64,000 nucleotides of DNA from Schmidtea polychroa. Taxonomy: Eukaryota. The DNA is taken from NCBI GenBank assembly GCA_044892525.1, contig CM097885.1, forward strand, positions 16,246,001-16,310,000, written 5' to 3'. Made by a program: the position numbers and the translations under genes. The notes below the pieces were generated by a model that was not told the DNA's origin, ran no database searches, and was given only the letters and a program-made list of their open reading frames with translations. Of this stretch, positions 61,864 through 64,000 are shown piece by piece (the first letter of the stretch is position 1; every line of letters begins with the position of its first letter).

Positions 61864-63273
61864 ATGTCTTTAAATAAATATTGGAGATGTGAAACTTGTA
61901 ATTGTCAAGTTACAAGACATCATAAAGCAAGCCATCTTAAAACTAAAAAACATACAGTAGGTGACCTAATTCCACGAGCTGGAGGCGATTTGCAATCTTC
62001 AAAAACAACATCTTCAATATTAAAACCTTTTACTACAGAAAAATATCCAGGTGAAAGACATTTATTTAAACACAACTATACTGGACCAGGAACACGTCTA
62101 GATATTAGATTAGATGAAAATAATAATCCCAAACAAGGAGAAGAACCAATAAATAGAATTCATCAAGCAGCTTTAAAACATGATATTGCTTACAATTCAG
62201 AAGATCTTAAAGATAGACATGTTGCAGATGTGAATTTAATACATGATTTAAATAGTATCCAAAATCCATCAACCCAAGAAAAGATTCAAAGAGCTCTAGT
62301 TAAATTAGCAATGAAAGGTAAGATTTTCATAGGCTTAGGACACAGTCCGATCACCATGGGTGCAAGACTTCCTAGGAAAGCAAAAGATGTTGCTTATAAA
62401 AAGATTATCGAACAAGCAGAGATTGAAAGATCCCTCGAGAGTACAGCCAAGACTAGTTTACAAACCCCAACAGAATCAGAAATAAAATATGCAAAGGAAT
62501 TACACCATGAATTTAGAAAAAATAAAAAATATTTAAAAGTTCAAGTACATGAAAAAGATCAAACATGGTCTGCAGATTTAGTCTTTATGCCCAAATCATC
62601 AGACCCTGAAAAATATAAAATAATTTTAACTGTAATAGATTTATATACGAGATTTGCTTTTGCAAGATGTTTAGAAAATAAAACAGGATATTCTATTACA
62701 GAAGCATTTGAAAATATATTTGAAGAAAATCAAAGAATCCCAAAATATTTATGGTGTGATAAAGGAACAGAATTTTATAACAAAGTTTTTACAAAGTTTT
62801 TAAATGAAAATGATATTAAATTATATTCAACAGAAAACGAAGGAAAAGCAGTCGTAGTTGAAAGATTAAATAGAACATTAAAAAATAAAATGTGGAAATA
62901 TTTTACTGCTATTGGAAAACAAAAATGGAACAATGAATTGTTACAAAAGATTGTAAATGAATATAATAATGATGTACATAGTTCTATAAAATTAACACCT
63001 TTAAATGCTTCCATGAAGCCTGAAACCATTAAAGTGGTAAATATTGAAAATGATGTTATTGAAAAACCAAAGTTTAAAATTGGTGACCGAGTAAGAATAT
63101 TTAAATATAAAAATAAATTTGAAAAAGGATTCACAGCAAAATGGACAAATGAAATTTTTATTATAAATAAAATACATTATACAACTCCAATAACATATAG
63201 CATCTTTGATTTAAATAATGAAAAAATATTAGGTAGATTTTATAATAATGAACTACAGAAAACAGATTTTTAA
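61864..63273 (+). CDS. Zn finger-PLA2-integrase fusion of Polinton B
   Basis: Same motifs as 30851-32263; indels are in frame. Confidence 0.92.
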   Translation: MSLNKYWRCETCNCQVTRHHKASHLKTKKHTVGDLIPRAGGDLQSSKTTSSILKPFTTEKYPGERHLFKHNYTGPGTRLDIRLDENNNPKQGEEPINRIHQAALKHDIAYNSEDLKDRHVADVNLIHDLNSIQNPSTQEKIQRALVKLAMKGKIFIGLGHSPITMGARLPRKAKDVAYKKIIEQAEIERSLESTAKTSLQTPTESEIKYAKELHHEFRKNKKYLKVQVHEKDQTWSADLVFMPKSSDPEKYKIILTVIDLYTRFAFARCLENKTGYSITEAFENIFEENQRIPKYLWCDKGTEFYNKVFTKFLNENDIKLYSTENEGKAVVVERLNRTLKNKMWKYFTAIGKQKWNNELLQKIVNEYNNDVHSSIKLTPLNASMKPETIKVVNIENDVIEKPKFKIGDRVRIFKYKNKFEKGFTAKWTNEIFIINKIHYTTPITYSIFDLNNEKILGRFYNNELQKTDF

Positions 63274-63284
63274 GTCGACAAGCC

Positions 63285-64000
63285 CTAAAACAAACTTTTC
63301 CATATTTCAGCTTCTTCTCTATCCAAATAAATATAATTATATTTTTCTTTCCAATGATTATCAACAAACATATCAAACATATTCTTATCAGGTTCAACAT
63401 TTGAAAATAAATCATTATAAATCATATTCTTATCACGGCGATCTAATTTAAAAAATATAAAACAATTGGAATTATTTCTTATTGAATTTTTATCTAAAGC
63501 ATAATATGTTTGAGATATATAAATAACATTACAATTATTATGTCGACCTCGTGTAAAGTAACTCTTTTGAATCTCTTGATTTTTCATATTAACAACATCA
63601 TCAAATATAACTAGATTCTTTTTATCTTTAGGAAGTAAATCACAATGTAAAACATCTTCAGGTTTGTTAGAGAATAAAACTTGAATTGCCTCCTGCCCTT
63701 CTTCACAAATATAATCATTTTTATTACTAATATCTGATTCTAAAATCTTTTCCTTATACCAATCAACCATATCACAAGGTTGAAAAACTTCTTCAGGACA
63801 CCTATGTTGATTTTTAAAAATATCAATTATTGCTTTTTTAGTTAATTTATTTTCAAATCCACATTTCAAAAGTTGTAATTCTGGTTGATTTATGGTTGTA
63901 GAATAAAAGATTAAATTATTATAATCTAAAAAATCATCTTCAAGTAACATTCTCAAAACAAGTACATTCTTTCCACATCCAGAAGAACCAACAATTAATA
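63285..64000 (-). CDS. Packaging ATPase of Polinton B (5' partial)
   Basis: LIVGSSGCGKN at the window edge, VIFDD, RGRHNN. Confidence 0.92.
   Translation of the reverse strand, partial: LIVGSSGCGKNVLVLRMLLEDDFLDYNNLIFYSTTINQPELQLLKCGFENKLTKKAIIDIFKNQHRCPEEVFQPCDMVDWYKEKILESDISNKNDYICEEGQEAIQVLFSNKPEDVLHCDLLPKDKKNLVIFDDVVNMKNQEIQKSYFTRGRHNNCNVIYISQTYYALDKNSIRNNSNCFIFFKLDRRDKNMIYNDLFSNVEPDKNMFDMFVDNHWKEKYNYIYLDREEAEIWKSLF

Larger units (their letters stand above)
58786..64000 (+). mobile_element. Polinton B, left part (runs off the window)
   Basis: Starts AGTAGTGAGG after GAGGGG; MCP, PLA2-integrase and ATPase closely similar to A. Confidence 0.95.

Overview
AT-rich, repeat-dense animal DNA. 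The short 42-50 nt introns, expanded TRAF family and element spectrum suggest a planarian-like invertebrate (inference only). The centre is a complete 13.9-kb Polinton/Maverick (adintovirus-like) endogenous virus, 'A' (28261-42150), with AGTAGT..ACTACT ends, a 6-bp TSD CCCCTC and ten genes including MCP, PLA2-integrase fusion, ATPase, protease, penton and pPolB. A close relative 'B' (58786 to window end, plus a left-arm remnant at 21663-22595) is inserted in a NeSL-like RLE non-LTR retrotransposon, and a decayed, more distant Polinton 'C' lies at about 18.7-21 kb. Host content is three TRAF paralogues (one pseudogene) and a truncated proteasome alpha-6 copy, set among hAT, Gypsy and Penelope debris and inverted segmental duplications. 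The most unusual signals are in the Polinton left arm: 2-3 tRNA-like Pol III units, a conserved ~290-nt structured segment, a covarying hairpin, and self-palindromic terminal modules that differ between A and B although both flank the same CCCCTC(AC) target. Ends of decayed elements are approximate; no database searches were run.
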